Source: Aestuariivirga sp.
GTDB taxonomy: Bacteria > Pseudomonadota > Alphaproteobacteria > Rhizobiales > Aestuariivirgaceae
Length of the DNA: 64,000 bases
Assembly: GCF_020252395.1 (NCBI RefSeq)
Contig: NZ_JADCDB010000017.1
Span: forward strand, 5,710-69,709
Direction of reading: 5' to 3'
A model generated the notes under the pieces. It saw only the letters and a list, made by a program, of their open reading frames with translations, was not told where the DNA came from and did not search any database. Made by a program: the position numbers and the translations under genes. Below, in pieces: positions 28,468-38,937 of this stretch (position 1 is its first letter; the number at the start of each line of letters is the position of its first letter).

Positions 28468-30593
28468 TTAGGGCCTGCGGAACTGGCCGAAGTTCCACAC
28501 GGGAGCGCCACCGATCACCAGGCGCATGTCTGAAACGTCAGGCAACTGCCGGAACTCCGCCTCGTCGAGGGAAAACACGATGCGGTTGGCGGCCCCCGCG
28601 ACGAAACGCGACCAACGGAATGCCCTGTCGCCGATATACAGGGTGGGAAGCGAATCCATCACTGGAAAGCGGCGCGTGGAGGCGAGTTCGATCTCCACCA
28701 CGCCGGCCTGACCGGCACCGCTGCGCGTGGCGGATTCTGGAACGGCCGGCCTGACCGCCACAACCTGGTTGTTTTCCCAGGCGGGAGGCAAAGCCCTGCT
28801 CGCCGCCGGGACGGAGCCTGCCGCGGTCCGCGGCGGCGCGGTGGAGAGCGGGGCCTCCGCCCGAACCAGCCTCACATTGCCCAGCGAGACGAGGCCGCTG
28901 GGAGTCTCGTCGAAGACGAACCGCACCCCGCGAAACTGGGACATGTCGGCTCCCCCAAAGGCCGAGAGGGGTATGCGCACCGTCTGGAAGACGGAGTTGT
29001 CCGGGGCCGGAATGGCGCTCACGGGACGGTAAACGAGGGCCACCGAGGAGAGCTTGACCGGAGCCGAAGGGTTTCCCGCTCCGGTCACCAGCCGCACAGA
29101 GAAATCGACGTCTCCGGCCGGGTTCATTTTCTGATCGCACAGCGAGTCATGGCATTCGAGCTTCACCCGGAACTCAAGGGCTTTGAAGGCGGCCGTGTTC
29201 ACGCGGAGCGGCATTCTGGAGGCATTGACCTGCAGATAGGCGTCCGGCGTAGACCAGCCTACGAGGGCGGCGCGCTGTGAGCGGTCATGGCTCGGGCCGG
29301 CGCCGCTATGCATATACTGCGTCAGGCGATAAGGGGTATTCGCCACGCCGCGACTGGATCTTCCGGTCTTCCCCCTGAAATCGTCGATCACGAAGTTTGC
29401 CACCCTCCGAAGATTGGCCGTGTGGCCGCGGGCATAGGCAGCAATCTCCGTAAGCTCCGGCGGCAGGGGCCGCGACGGATCGAAGCGATCGGCCAGCGCG
29501 CCCAGTTTTACCGCGCCCACATGAGCGCGGAAAAATGGAATGACGGTGTTCTCCGCCGTGCTGCGCTGCGGAGCCGAGCCGGGATAGGGCGGGAACAGCG
29601 GTGTATGGCCGGCGCACTCGCCGGCATCCGACACCTGCCATTCGGTGTTGTAAAAATTATGGTTCGCGCCGAACACCTCGAAGCTAGACTTCGGCAAGAC
29701 CTGCTTTTCGGCGCTGCGCATGATCATGCGGTCGAAGGGTCTCACGCCCTGAAGATCGTAAACATCGCCGTCGCACCCGGGCAGCAGCACATTCCACGCC
29801 ACCCCCTCGGCATCGAGCGTGCGCGCGGTCTGGCCGTCGACCGGGCCGATCTCGAACAGCGCCTCGAAATTGACCGGTCCGATGCGCTTCGGCCATGGGC
29901 TTTTCAAATCGCGATACCGCGCGAGGGCGGCGCGCATGCCCTCGCCGCCGCGCGAATGCCCGAGGAGCCCGACGTGACCGAAGTCGATCAGGCCCTGCAA
30001 GCTGAAACCCAGACCTGCCGGCGTGGCGGCGCGGCCCGCGTTCCAGTCGGCAAGCTGCTGCAGATGGCGGAGCACGAGGCGCCCACGCCGCAGGTTCAGG
30101 CCAAAGTCGCCTCGCAAACCATCGGCGCCGGTGACACCGCGATTGGCATTGATCGACACAACGACGTAGCCCTGCGCCGCAAGCTTGGCGGCGAGGTAGT
30201 CATAGCCGCGATGGTTTGGCGTGGGCACGTAACCCTCGGGGCAGGTGCCCGAAAAAGTGTAGTCGATGCGGTCGTCGATGCGGATTCCCAGCTCTGGATC
30301 GACTCTGCCGCAGGTGCCGTGGTTGCCGTGCAGAAAACCAGAAGCGGATAGCGCCCGCTGGCGCTGGGGCGAAACACCGCGGCCCAGAGCTCCGTCTTCA
30401 CATTGACAGCTACTGAAGAATCGAAAGCGGCTGGCAACTTGTATTCGCCCACGAGAAAGGCCGGGTTATCTTCAGCCGTCCGCGCGCCTGCGGCGGCGGA
30501 GCCGGACAAGAGGGCAGCCAGACACAGGAGAACCCAGCAAAGGCGCGTGGCCGTGTTCGGGGCGGAACACGTTGAAAAAGACGGATCGCGCAT
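28468..30593 (-). pseudogene. secreted alpha/beta hydrolase (about 709 codons) interrupted by a 1-nt frameshift
   Basis: The signal-peptide part (MRDPSF...CLAALLSGSAAAGA...GRYPLLVF, frame of ORF 30096..30773) continues as LHGNHGTCGRVDPE...YVPTPNHRGYDY only after a +1 shift. The shift lies at the A4/T4 run 30334-30337. The nucleophile elbow GHSRGG is in the downstream frame. Confidence 0.75.
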
Positions 30594-30809
30594 CGGGAAC
30601 TCCGAGAACAGTGGGAAACAATATCGAATAAACATATCTCTCCGAGGTGTAGAAGGACAAGGCTTTTCTCTACGTCTCGATTTTCCGGCGGCCCTCCAAT
30701 CGGCCCTAACACCGCCCGGCCGGATCCTGGGCCGTCCGTGCTGCACTGCACCACCGAATTCGGTTGACGCCACGCCGCATCTGAAAAATATTGCACCTCA
30801 AGAAAAAAT

Positions 30810-31844
30810 TTGCACACGCCAAATGGGAAGACGTTGACGCTGTACCAGCCAGCCCCTCAGGTGGATGAGGAGGCCGCACTCGCGGCCCGCGCCGCGTGGC
30901 TGCATTTCGCAGGCGGCAAGACGCAAGGCGAAGTCGCCGAGCTGCTGGGCGTTCAGAGCACCAAGGCGCACCGGCTGATCGCGCGGGCGCGTGCCGATGG
31001 CCTCATCCGCGTCTTCGTCGAGGGCCCGATCTCCGGCTGCATCGCGCTCGAAGAAAAGCTCAAGGCCGATTACGGCCTCGCCTTCTGCGAGGTGGTGCCC
31101 AACATCGATGAAGGTTCACTGCCGCTGCGGACGCTGGGCATGGCGGGCGCGCGCTATCTGCGCAACCTCATTGAGGCGGGCAAGTACCGCATGATCGGCA
31201 TGGGGCATGGGCGCACCCTGGCGGCCGCCGTCGATCTGATGCCGGGCGTTGCCGCGCACAAGACGAAATTCGTGTCGCTCCTGGGCGGCCTCACCCGGCG
31301 CTTCGCGGCGAGTCCCTTCGACGTGATCCACCGCCTGGCCGAGCGCACCGCGGCGGAAGCCTATGTGATGCCGGTGCCGTTCTTCGCCAACAGCGAGAAG
31401 GACCGCCAGGTTCTGGAGGCGCAATATGGCGTCTCCGGCGTCATCGCCATGGCCAGGGAGGCGGAACTCTACATCGCCGGTATCGGCGAGGTGGACGCCA
31501 AGAGCTTCATCGCCACCGCCGGCATGGTGGACGAGGAGGACGTCGACGAGGTGATGAAGACCGGCGCCTGCGCCGAGCTCCTCGGCCACTTCTTCAACGA
31601 ACATGGCGAGCACCTGCCAAACTCGGTGTCCGCGCGCGCCATGGCGCCGCGCTTCGCCGGCCTGAAGAGCCACCGGATCGTCGCCCTTGCCGGCGGCACA
31701 TCGAAAACTCGGGCCATCCGCGCCATTCTGGCGCACGGACTTCTTTTCGGCCTGATCACCGACGAGGCGACCGCCAAGCGCCTCGTCTCCCTGAAACCGG
31801 GACGTGAGCCCGGCAAGAAGAACGGAAAACCCGCGCCGGGCTAA
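30810..31844 (+). CDS. SorC/DeoR-type sugar-binding transcriptional regulator (EryD-like)
   Basis: The N-terminal HTH reads AAWLHFAGGKTQGEVAELLGVQSTKAHRLIARARADGLIRVFV, followed by a SorC sugar-binding domain. The start is uncertain: TTG 30810, TTG 30834 or GTG 30861. Confidence 0.8.
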   Translation: MHTPNGKTLTLYQPAPQVDEEAALAARAAWLHFAGGKTQGEVAELLGVQSTKAHRLIARARADGLIRVFVEGPISGCIALEEKLKADYGLAFCEVVPNIDEGSLPLRTLGMAGARYLRNLIEAGKYRMIGMGHGRTLAAAVDLMPGVAAHKTKFVSLLGGLTRRFAASPFDVIHRLAERTAAEAYVMPVPFFANSEKDRQVLEAQYGVSGVIAMAREAELYIAGIGEVDAKSFIATAGMVDEEDVDEVMKTGACAELLGHFFNEHGEHLPNSVSARAMAPRFAGLKSHRIVALAGGTSKTRAIRAILAHGLLFGLITDEATAKRLVSLKPGREPGKKNGKPAPG

Positions 31845-31873
31845 CAAAGAAGACCCACAACCAAAACGGAGGA

Positions 31874-33319
31874 ATGGGAATGTTCGAGAAAGAAAAGGGC
31901 CTCTTCGACGCCTTCGTGGCGAAGAAGATCAGCCGCCGCGAAGTGATCAATGGTGCAGGCAAGCTGGGCCTTTCGGCCTCGATGGCCGGCATGTTCCTGA
32001 CCCAGGCGCAGACCCGCGCCATGGCCGCCGACTTCGACTGGATGAAGCACAAGGGCACGAAGCTCAAGCTTCTGCTCAACAAGCATCCTTATGCCGATGC
32101 CATGATCGCCAATATCCAGGCCTTCAAGGACATGACCGGCATGGACGTCTCGTGGGACATCTTCCCCGAGGACGTCTATTTCGACAAGGTGACGGCGGCG
32201 CTGTCCTCGGGCTCGACCGAGTATGACGCCTTCATGACCGGCGCCTACATGACCTGGACCTATGGTCCGGCCGGCTGGATCACCGACTTGAACGAGTTCA
32301 TCAAGGACCCGGCCAAGACCAATCCCAACTATAATTGGGAAGACGTGCTGCCAGGCCTGCGGGCTTCCACCTCGTGGAACGGCGTGCCAGGCGGCGAGCT
32401 GGGCTCCGCAGATGCCAAGCAGTGGTGCATCCCGTGGGGCTTCGAGCTCAACAACATCGCCTACAACAAGACGATGTTCGACAAGGCGGGCGTGCAGCCG
32501 CCGAAGAACATCGGCGAGATGATCGAAGTCTCGGCCAAGCTCACGAAGGACCTCGGCGGGCCTTATGGCATCGGCGTGCGCGGCTCGCGCAGCTGGGCCA
32601 CCATCCACCCGGGCTTCCTCTCCGGCTATGCCAACTTCGGGGAGAGGGACTTCAACGTCACCGGCGGCAAGCTGAAGGCGGCGATGAACTCGGCGGGATC
32701 CAAGTCCTATCACAAGGACTGGGTCAAGATGATCCAGGACTCAGGGCCGAAGAACTGGTCGACCTACACCTGGTACCAGGTCGGCACGGACCTGGGCGCC
32801 GGCGCCTCCGCCATGATCTTCGATGCCGACATTCTCGGCTACTTCATGAACGGCGGCGACAACAAGGAGAAGGGCAATCTCGGCTTTGCGCCGTTCGCGG
32901 CCAACCCGGCGGCGGCGGCCCCGACGCCCAATGTGTGGATCTGGTCGCTGGCCATGAACAATGCCGGCGCCCAGAAGGACGCCACATGGTATTTCCTGCA
33001 GTGGGCAACCTCCGTCGAGCACGACCTGTTCGGCGCCCGCAAGATGGACTTCGTCAACCCCGTCCGCGCCTCCGTCTGGAAAGACGAGGAGTTCCGCGCC
33101 CGCATCGACAAGTCCTATCCGGGCTACCTCAACCAGTACGAAGTCTCCGCGCCGGGCGCGAAGATCTACTTCACCGCCCAGCCGCTGTTCTTCGACCTCA
33201 CCACGCTGTGGGCGGAAAACCTGCAGAAGATGGTGGCCAAGGAAATCGCGGTCGACGAAGGCCTCGACGCGATGGCCGCCGAAATGGACAAGAAGCTGGT
33301 TGAAGCCGGCCTCGGTTAA
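31874..33319 (+). CDS. ABC transporter substrate-binding protein (family 1, carbohydrate/polyol), Tat-type signal
   Basis: A twin-arginine-like leader (ISRREVINGAGKLGLSASMAGMFLTQAQTRAMA) precedes a roughly 450-aa periplasmic domain. GGAGGA lies upstream of the ATG. Confidence 0.85.
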   Translation: MGMFEKEKGLFDAFVAKKISRREVINGAGKLGLSASMAGMFLTQAQTRAMAADFDWMKHKGTKLKLLLNKHPYADAMIANIQAFKDMTGMDVSWDIFPEDVYFDKVTAALSSGSTEYDAFMTGAYMTWTYGPAGWITDLNEFIKDPAKTNPNYNWEDVLPGLRASTSWNGVPGGELGSADAKQWCIPWGFELNNIAYNKTMFDKAGVQPPKNIGEMIEVSAKLTKDLGGPYGIGVRGSRSWATIHPGFLSGYANFGERDFNVTGGKLKAAMNSAGSKSYHKDWVKMIQDSGPKNWSTYTWYQVGTDLGAGASAMIFDADILGYFMNGGDNKEKGNLGFAPFAANPAAAAPTPNVWIWSLAMNNAGAQKDATWYFLQWATSVEHDLFGARKMDFVNPVRASVWKDEEFRARIDKSYPGYLNQYEVSAPGAKIYFTAQPLFFDLTTLWAENLQKMVAKEIAVDEGLDAMAAEMDKKLVEAGLG

Positions 33320-33413
33320 GTAACTGACTGGCGCGCGGGGCAGCCGTCTCCCTGCGGAACCCCGCGCGCTTTTCCGTCTCCACCGTCCCACCGCCGAATT
33401 CCGGGTCCCCCGA

Positions 33414-34340
33414 ATGACAGCCGCCGCCACAGAGATGCAGAGCCCCGTAAAGCAGAGCCGCTTCATGCGCCGGGCGCTTCCCTACATCCTGTCGCTCCCT
33501 GCACTGCTGATGTGCATCGGGATCCTCATTCCGTTCTTCACCGCCGTCTATTATTCGATGCTGCGCTACCGGATGAACCTGCCCGCCATGAAGGGCTTCA
33601 TCTGGTTCCAGAACTACATCAACTTCTTCACCGACCCGAAATTCTGGAACACCGTCTACATCTCGCTCACCTATGCCTTCCTAACCGTGAGCCTCGAACT
33701 GCTGCTCGGCCTCGCCATTGCACTGCTCCTGCAGCGGCCGTCGCGCTTCAACAACATCGCCTCGATCCTGCTGTTGCTGCCGCTGATGACGGCGCCGGCG
33801 CTGGCCGCGCTGATGTGGAAGCTGATGACGAATCCGGGCTTCGGCGTGCTGAGCTATCTGCTCTCGGTGATCGGCATCCAAGACTTCAAGTGGGCGTCGG
33901 ACCCTGACACCGCCCTCTTCACCGTCGTGCTCGTCGACATGTGGGTCTACACACCCTTCATCATGATCCTGCTGCTGGCAGGCCTGCGCTCGCTGCCCAA
34001 GGCTCCCTTCGAGGCCGCCGCACTCGACGGCGTGCCGCGGAGCTTCGTATTCTTCCGCATCACGCTGCCCATGCTCATGCCCTATATCATCACGGCCACA
34101 CTCTTCCGCCTGCTCGACTCGATCCAGCAATTCGACATCATCTATGCGATGACGCAGGGCGGGCCCGGCGACAAGCTCCTCGTATTCCAGGTGCAAGCCT
34201 ATCTCGACTTCTTTCAGGCCACCAATGTCGGCCGGTCGGCGGCGCTCATGATCATCCTCTGGGCGATCACCTATGCGCTGTCGAATGTCTTCATCAAACA
34301 GTGGCTGAAACTGCGCGAACGCGCCCACGGAGCGCATTGA
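33414..34340 (+). CDS. carbohydrate ABC transporter permease (MalF/UgpA-like)
   Basis: Six-TM protein with the EAA loop region EAAALDGVPRSFVFFRITLPML. Confidence 0.88.
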   Translation: MTAAATEMQSPVKQSRFMRRALPYILSLPALLMCIGILIPFFTAVYYSMLRYRMNLPAMKGFIWFQNYINFFTDPKFWNTVYISLTYAFLTVSLELLLGLAIALLLQRPSRFNNIASILLLLPLMTAPALAALMWKLMTNPGFGVLSYLLSVIGIQDFKWASDPDTALFTVVLVDMWVYTPFIMILLLAGLRSLPKAPFEAAALDGVPRSFVFFRITLPMLMPYIITATLFRLLDSIQQFDIIYAMTQGGPGDKLLVFQVQAYLDFFQATNVGRSAALMIILWAITYALSNVFIKQWLKLRERAHGAH

Positions 34341-34345
34341 CACCC

Positions 34346-35203
34346 ATGGACCATTCATCAAGCCTCGAGAAAATCCTGCGCAGCGTGGCGATCACGCTGG
34401 TGCTCATTTTCTTCCTCTTCCCCATCGCCTGGATCTTCCTCATGTCGCTCCAGACCAATGAGACGATCCTGCGCATTCCGCCGTCGCTGGCTTTCACGCC
34501 GATCATCGACAATTACACGGCCCTCATCACCGGCCAGCTCAGGACCGCGGCGGGCAGCCTGCAGCTGAACTTCATGCAAAACATGTTCAACTCTGTGCTG
34601 CTCTCCGTCTGCTCGGTGGCGCTCTCGCTGGTGCTGGGCGTGCCGGCGGCCTATGCCTTTGCGCGCTTCAAGTTCCGGCTGGGCGAGGACATCGCCTTCA
34701 CGCTGCTGTCCTTCCGCTTCGCGCCGGCGCTTCTCGTGCTGCTTCCTCTGAGCCTCTATTTCAAGACGCTGGGGCTGACCAACACCTATATCGGGCTCAT
34801 CTGGGTCTATCAGCTGATCTGCCTGCCGCTTATTCTGTGGATCGTGCGCGGCTATTTCGAGGACATCAGCCCCGATATAGAGCATGCCTATCGCATTGCC
34901 GGCAACAGCTGGTGGAAGACCTTCACGAGGATATCGATCCCGCTGGCCAAGCCCGGCATCGCGGCGGCGGGCTTGCTCGCCTTCATCTTCGCCTGGAACA
35001 ATTTCGTCTTCGCGCTGATCCTGGCCTCCGCCGACAAGCAGCCGGTGACGGTGGGCGCACTTGCCTTCGTCACCGCATCGGGCATCCAGTATGGCCAGAT
35101 CGCGGCGGCCATCATCATCTCCATCACGCCCACGCTGGCGCTGGCACTCTATGCGCAGCGCTATCTCGTCGAGGGGCTTTCCATGGGTGCGGTGAAGGGA
35201 TGA
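34346..35203 (+). CDS. carbohydrate ABC transporter permease (MalG/UgpE-like)
   Basis: ATG 34346 gives MDHSSSLEKILRSVAITLVL.... The EAA loop reads EHAYRIAGNSWWKTFTRISIPLAKPG. The upstream 135 codons of ORF 33941.. overlap the previous permease in another frame and are rejected. Confidence 0.88.
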   Translation: MDHSSSLEKILRSVAITLVLIFFLFPIAWIFLMSLQTNETILRIPPSLAFTPIIDNYTALITGQLRTAAGSLQLNFMQNMFNSVLLSVCSVALSLVLGVPAAYAFARFKFRLGEDIAFTLLSFRFAPALLVLLPLSLYFKTLGLTNTYIGLIWVYQLICLPLILWIVRGYFEDISPDIEHAYRIAGNSWWKTFTRISIPLAKPGIAAAGLLAFIFAWNNFVFALILASADKQPVTVGALAFVTASGIQYGQIAAAIIISITPTLALALYAQRYLVEGLSMGAVKG

Positions 35204-36273
35204 GCCAGCTTGCCATCACGTCGCTCGCCAAGTCCTACGGCGCCCTCAAGGTCTTCGATGGCTTGAACCTCGAAGCCGATGCCGGCGAGATTGTCGTGAT
35301 CTTCGGCGGCTCCGGCGCCGGCAAGACCATCCTGCTGCGGCTGATCGCAGGCGTGGAGGAGCCGACGGCGGGTTCAATCGAGATCGGCGGGCATGACGTG
35401 GCCGACATTGCGCCTGAGCACCGCGGCGTGGGCATGGCCTTCCAGAACTTCGCGCTGTTCCCGCACATGAATGCATCGGACAACATCGCGACGCCGCTGC
35501 GCGCCGCGGGGGCGGATGAGAGCAAGGTTGCTGTGGGCGTTGCCAAGGTGGCGAAGCTCCTCAAGATCGACCATGTGCTGAACCATTCCCCGCGCGAGCT
35601 TTCCAACGGCCAGAAGCAGCGCACGGCGCTGGCCCGCGCGCTGGCGGCGAGCCCCAAGATCCTGCTGCTGGACGACCCGCTGCGCAATGTCGACGCCAAG
35701 CTGCGCTTCGAAATGCGGCTGGAGCTGCCGCGCCTCCTGCGCCAGTCGGGCGCCACGGTTCTCTACGTGACGCAGGACTACAAGGAGGCCATGGCGCTGG
35801 CCGACCGCATCGCGGTTCTGGCCAATGGCCAGTTCGTGCAGACGGCCACACCAGAAGACATCTACATGCGCCCGGCGACGCTCGGCGTGGCCCGGCTGTT
35901 CGGCGACCCCTCGATTAACACCGCCGATACGGTGATCGAAACTGAAGGCGGTACCCATGTGATGCTGGGCGGCACGCGGGTTCCGCTGGCCGATGGCTAT
36001 CGCGGCTTCGCCGGCCGCGAGGTGATCTTCGGTGTCAGGCCCGAATCGGTCGAGATCGGTTCGACCGGCGTCGAGGCTGAGGTGATCGCCGTGACGCCGC
36101 TCAACGAGCGCACGGTGCTGCTGCTGCAGAATCCCAATGGCTGGGAGTTCCTCGCATCGCTGCCCTCCACCGCCAGCAACATTCCGGAGGCCGGCGCGAA
36201 AGTGAAGGCCAGCTTCGCTGCCGCCGGCACCCATATCTTTGACCGCCAGACGGGTGAGCGCCTCCATGGCTGA
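35200..36273 (+). CDS. ABC transporter ATP-binding protein (MalK/UgpC-like)
   Basis: Walker A is GGSGAGKT, the signature is LSNGQKQRTALARAL and Walker B is ILLLDDP. ATGA overlap with the permease stop. Confidence 0.9.
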   Translation: MSQLAITSLAKSYGALKVFDGLNLEADAGEIVVIFGGSGAGKTILLRLIAGVEEPTAGSIEIGGHDVADIAPEHRGVGMAFQNFALFPHMNASDNIATPLRAAGADESKVAVGVAKVAKLLKIDHVLNHSPRELSNGQKQRTALARALAASPKILLLDDPLRNVDAKLRFEMRLELPRLLRQSGATVLYVTQDYKEAMALADRIAVLANGQFVQTATPEDIYMRPATLGVARLFGDPSINTADTVIETEGGTHVMLGGTRVPLADGYRGFAGREVIFGVRPESVEIGSTGVEAEVIAVTPLNERTVLLLQNPNGWEFLASLPSTASNIPEAGAKVKASFAAAGTHIFDRQTGERLHG

Positions 36274-37384
36274 GCTCGGCATCGCGAAGGTCGACAAGAT
36301 CTACCATTCCCGCAAAGGCGACGTGCATGCCGTGAGGGCGCTGGACCTGGTCGTGAAGCCGGGCGAGATCGTGGCGCTGCTGGGGTCCTCCGGCTGTGGC
36401 AAAACTTCGACGCTGCGCATGATCGCGGGCTTCGAGGAAGTGTCCAACGGCTCGATCACGCTGGGAGGCAAGCCGATCCACACGCTGCCCCCCGCGGCGC
36501 GCGGGGTGGCCATGGCCTTCGAGGCCTATTCGCTCTACCCGCCGCTCACCATCGGCGAGAACATGTCCTTCGCACTCAAGTCCTCGAAGCTGCCGCAGGC
36601 GGAGCAGGACAAGCGCGTGAAGGCCATGGCCGGGATGTTGGAGATCGCGGATATCCTGAACAAGTATCCCACCTCCGTGTCGGGCGGGCAGCAGCAGCGC
36701 GCCAGCCTGGGCCGCGCGCTGGTGCGCGATGCGGGGCTCTATCTGCTCGACGAGCCGATGGGGCAGCTCGAGCCGCAGCTGCGCGCCGTGCTGCGCGGGC
36801 GCATCAAGCATTACCTGCGCGAACACAAATGCACGACCATCCTGGTGACCCACGACCAAACAGAGGCCAATGCGCTGGCCGACCGCATCGCGGTGATGGA
36901 AGGCGGCGTGCTGCAGCAATACGCAACGCCCGCCGAGCTCAAGGCGCGGCCCGCCAACCTGTTCACCGGCACATTCATCGGCGAGCCGCCAATGAATGTG
37001 TTCACGGCTGATGCGAAGGTGTCCAGCGATACCGTGGCCTTCGGCGTCGAGGGTGGCGCGACACTGACCTATCCCGCGGCGGATTTCTCGCAGAGCCTGC
37101 GCGAGATGCTTGCGCGCACACCCAGGATTGCGCTGGGCATTCGCCCGCATGCGCTGCACCTGGGCGACGGGCCGGTGAAGGGCAAGGTCATGGCCTGCCA
37201 GTGGCTGGGCGACCAGACGCATGTGGCCGTGGACGTCGCTGGACGCACCGTCGTCTCCGTGTCGCAAGAGCGCGTGTCACGTGCGCCGGGCAGCGACGTG
37301 GCGCTCACCGTCGCGGCGGGAGACCTGCATCTGTTCGAGACCTCCTCCGGCAAGGCCATCGCCCATGGAGGTACGCTGGCATGA
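36266..37384 (+). CDS. second ABC transporter ATP-binding protein (MalK/UgpC-like)
   Basis: Walker A is GSSGCGKTS, the signature is VSGGQQQRASLGRAL and Walker B is LYLLDEP. The start overlaps the previous stop. Confidence 0.9.
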   Translation: MAELGIAKVDKIYHSRKGDVHAVRALDLVVKPGEIVALLGSSGCGKTSTLRMIAGFEEVSNGSITLGGKPIHTLPPAARGVAMAFEAYSLYPPLTIGENMSFALKSSKLPQAEQDKRVKAMAGMLEIADILNKYPTSVSGGQQQRASLGRALVRDAGLYLLDEPMGQLEPQLRAVLRGRIKHYLREHKCTTILVTHDQTEANALADRIAVMEGGVLQQYATPAELKARPANLFTGTFIGEPPMNVFTADAKVSSDTVAFGVEGGATLTYPAADFSQSLREMLARTPRIALGIRPHALHLGDGPVKGKVMACQWLGDQTHVAVDVAGRTVVSVSQERVSRAPGSDVALTVAAGDLHLFETSSGKAIAHGGTLA

Positions 37385-38937
37385 CGGACGGCGTGCTGAT
37401 CGGCATCGATGCCGGCACCTCGGTCATCAAGTCCGTGGCCTTCACGGTGACGGGCGAGCAGATTGCCGCCGCCGCGATCCCGAACCGCTACCAGACCTTC
37501 CCCGATGGCGGCGCGGAACAGGACATGGCGCGCACCTGGACCGATACCGCCGCGACGCTAAAAGAACTTTCCGGCAAGGTGCCGAACCTGCGCGAGCGCC
37601 TCATCGCCATTTCGGTTACGGGCCAGGGCGACGGCATGTGGCTGATCGACAAGGCGGGCGACCCCGTGGCGCCGGCCTGGCTGTGGCTTGACGCGCGCTC
37701 CGCCGCCATCACCGAAGACTTCGTCGCTGGCCCGCATCATGCCGCTCATTACCGGCGCACGGGCACGGGCGTGAATGCCTGCCAGATGAGCATGCAGCTG
37801 GTGTGGATGACGCGCAACCGGCCGGACCTGCTGGCGCGCGCCGCCACCGCCTTCCACTGCAAGGACTGGCTCTATTTCAAACTGACGGGCGACCGCCGCA
37901 CAGACCCGTCGGAAGCGAACTTCACCTTCGGCCAATATGCGACGCGCAATTACCAGCCAGACGTGCTGGACGTGCTCGGCGCGCCGGATGCGAAGTCGCT
38001 GCTGCCGGAGATCGTGGATGGCGTGCAGGTGGCGGGCGCGCTCACGGCAGACGCCGCTGCACTCACCGGGTTGAAAGCAGGAACGCCGATCACGCTCGGC
38101 TATGTGGACGTGCTGTGCACCGGGCTCGGCGGCGGGCTCTATGACCCGAAGGGCGAGACCGGCTGCACCATCGTCGGCTCCACCGGCATGCACATGAAGA
38201 TCGCGCCGGGCGCCCAGCACGTGAAGCTCAATGCCGAACTTTCCGGCTACACCATGTGTTTCCCGGTACCGGGCATGTATGCGCAGATCCAGTCCAACAT
38301 GGCGTCGACCCTCAACATCGACTGGCTGCTGGATGTGGGGCGCGATGTGCTGGCCATGCAAGGCGTGGAGCGCTCGCGCGGCGACCTGCTCGAGGGCCTC
38401 GACGGGCGCATCATGAAGGCGAAGCCGGCGCGGGCGATCTATCATCCTTACATTTCGCAGGCGGGCGAGCGCGGGCCGGTGATGGAACCCGCCGCGCGCG
38501 CCATGTTCACCGGGCTCGAGCTCGGCATGGGCTTTGCCGGCCTGATGCGCAGCGTGTTCGAGGGCCTGTGCTTCGCCTCGCGCGATTGCTATTCGGCGAT
38601 GGGCGATATTCCGCGCGAGGTGCGTGTCACCGGCGGCGCCGCACGCTCCCAGGCGTTGCGCGTGATCCTCGCCAGTGTCCTCAAAGCGCCGGTGCGCAGC
38701 GTGCAGCGCGAGGAGGCCGGAGCCGCCGGCGCCGCCATGATGGCCGCTGTGCAGCAGAAGCTTTACCCCGGCATGGATGCCTGTGTCGCGCAATGGGTGA
38801 ACCCGCTCTTGGGCGCCGTGACCGCGCCCGATCCGTCGCTGACCGCCCGCTATGACGGGGCCTTCGGCCTCTACAAGGAAACCCGTGAAAGAATGCGCCC
38901 CATCTGGCGCGCCATGGCGGCCAATCGTGCTTCGTAA
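37381..38937 (+). CDS. FGGY-family carbohydrate/polyol kinase (EryA-like)
   Basis: The sequence MTDGVLIGIDAGTSVIKSVAF...VTGQGDGMWLID...VRVTGGAARS is typical of FGGY kinases. ATGA overlap with the upstream stop. Confidence 0.85.
   Translation: MTDGVLIGIDAGTSVIKSVAFTVTGEQIAAAAIPNRYQTFPDGGAEQDMARTWTDTAATLKELSGKVPNLRERLIAISVTGQGDGMWLIDKAGDPVAPAWLWLDARSAAITEDFVAGPHHAAHYRRTGTGVNACQMSMQLVWMTRNRPDLLARAATAFHCKDWLYFKLTGDRRTDPSEANFTFGQYATRNYQPDVLDVLGAPDAKSLLPEIVDGVQVAGALTADAAALTGLKAGTPITLGYVDVLCTGLGGGLYDPKGETGCTIVGSTGMHMKIAPGAQHVKLNAELSGYTMCFPVPGMYAQIQSNMASTLNIDWLLDVGRDVLAMQGVERSRGDLLEGLDGRIMKAKPARAIYHPYISQAGERGPVMEPAARAMFTGLELGMGFAGLMRSVFEGLCFASRDCYSAMGDIPREVRVTGGAARSQALRVILASVLKAPVRSVQREEAGAAGAAMMAAVQQKLYPGMDACVAQWVNPLLGAVTAPDPSLTARYDGAFGLYKETRERMRPIWRAMAANRAS

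Noticed and set aside
30334-30337. Programmed ribosomal frameshift in the hydrolase gene
   Set aside because: There is only a 4-nt homopolymer, with no slippery heptamer and no downstream structure or internal SD that I can see. A mutation or a homopolymer sequencing error is more parsimonious.
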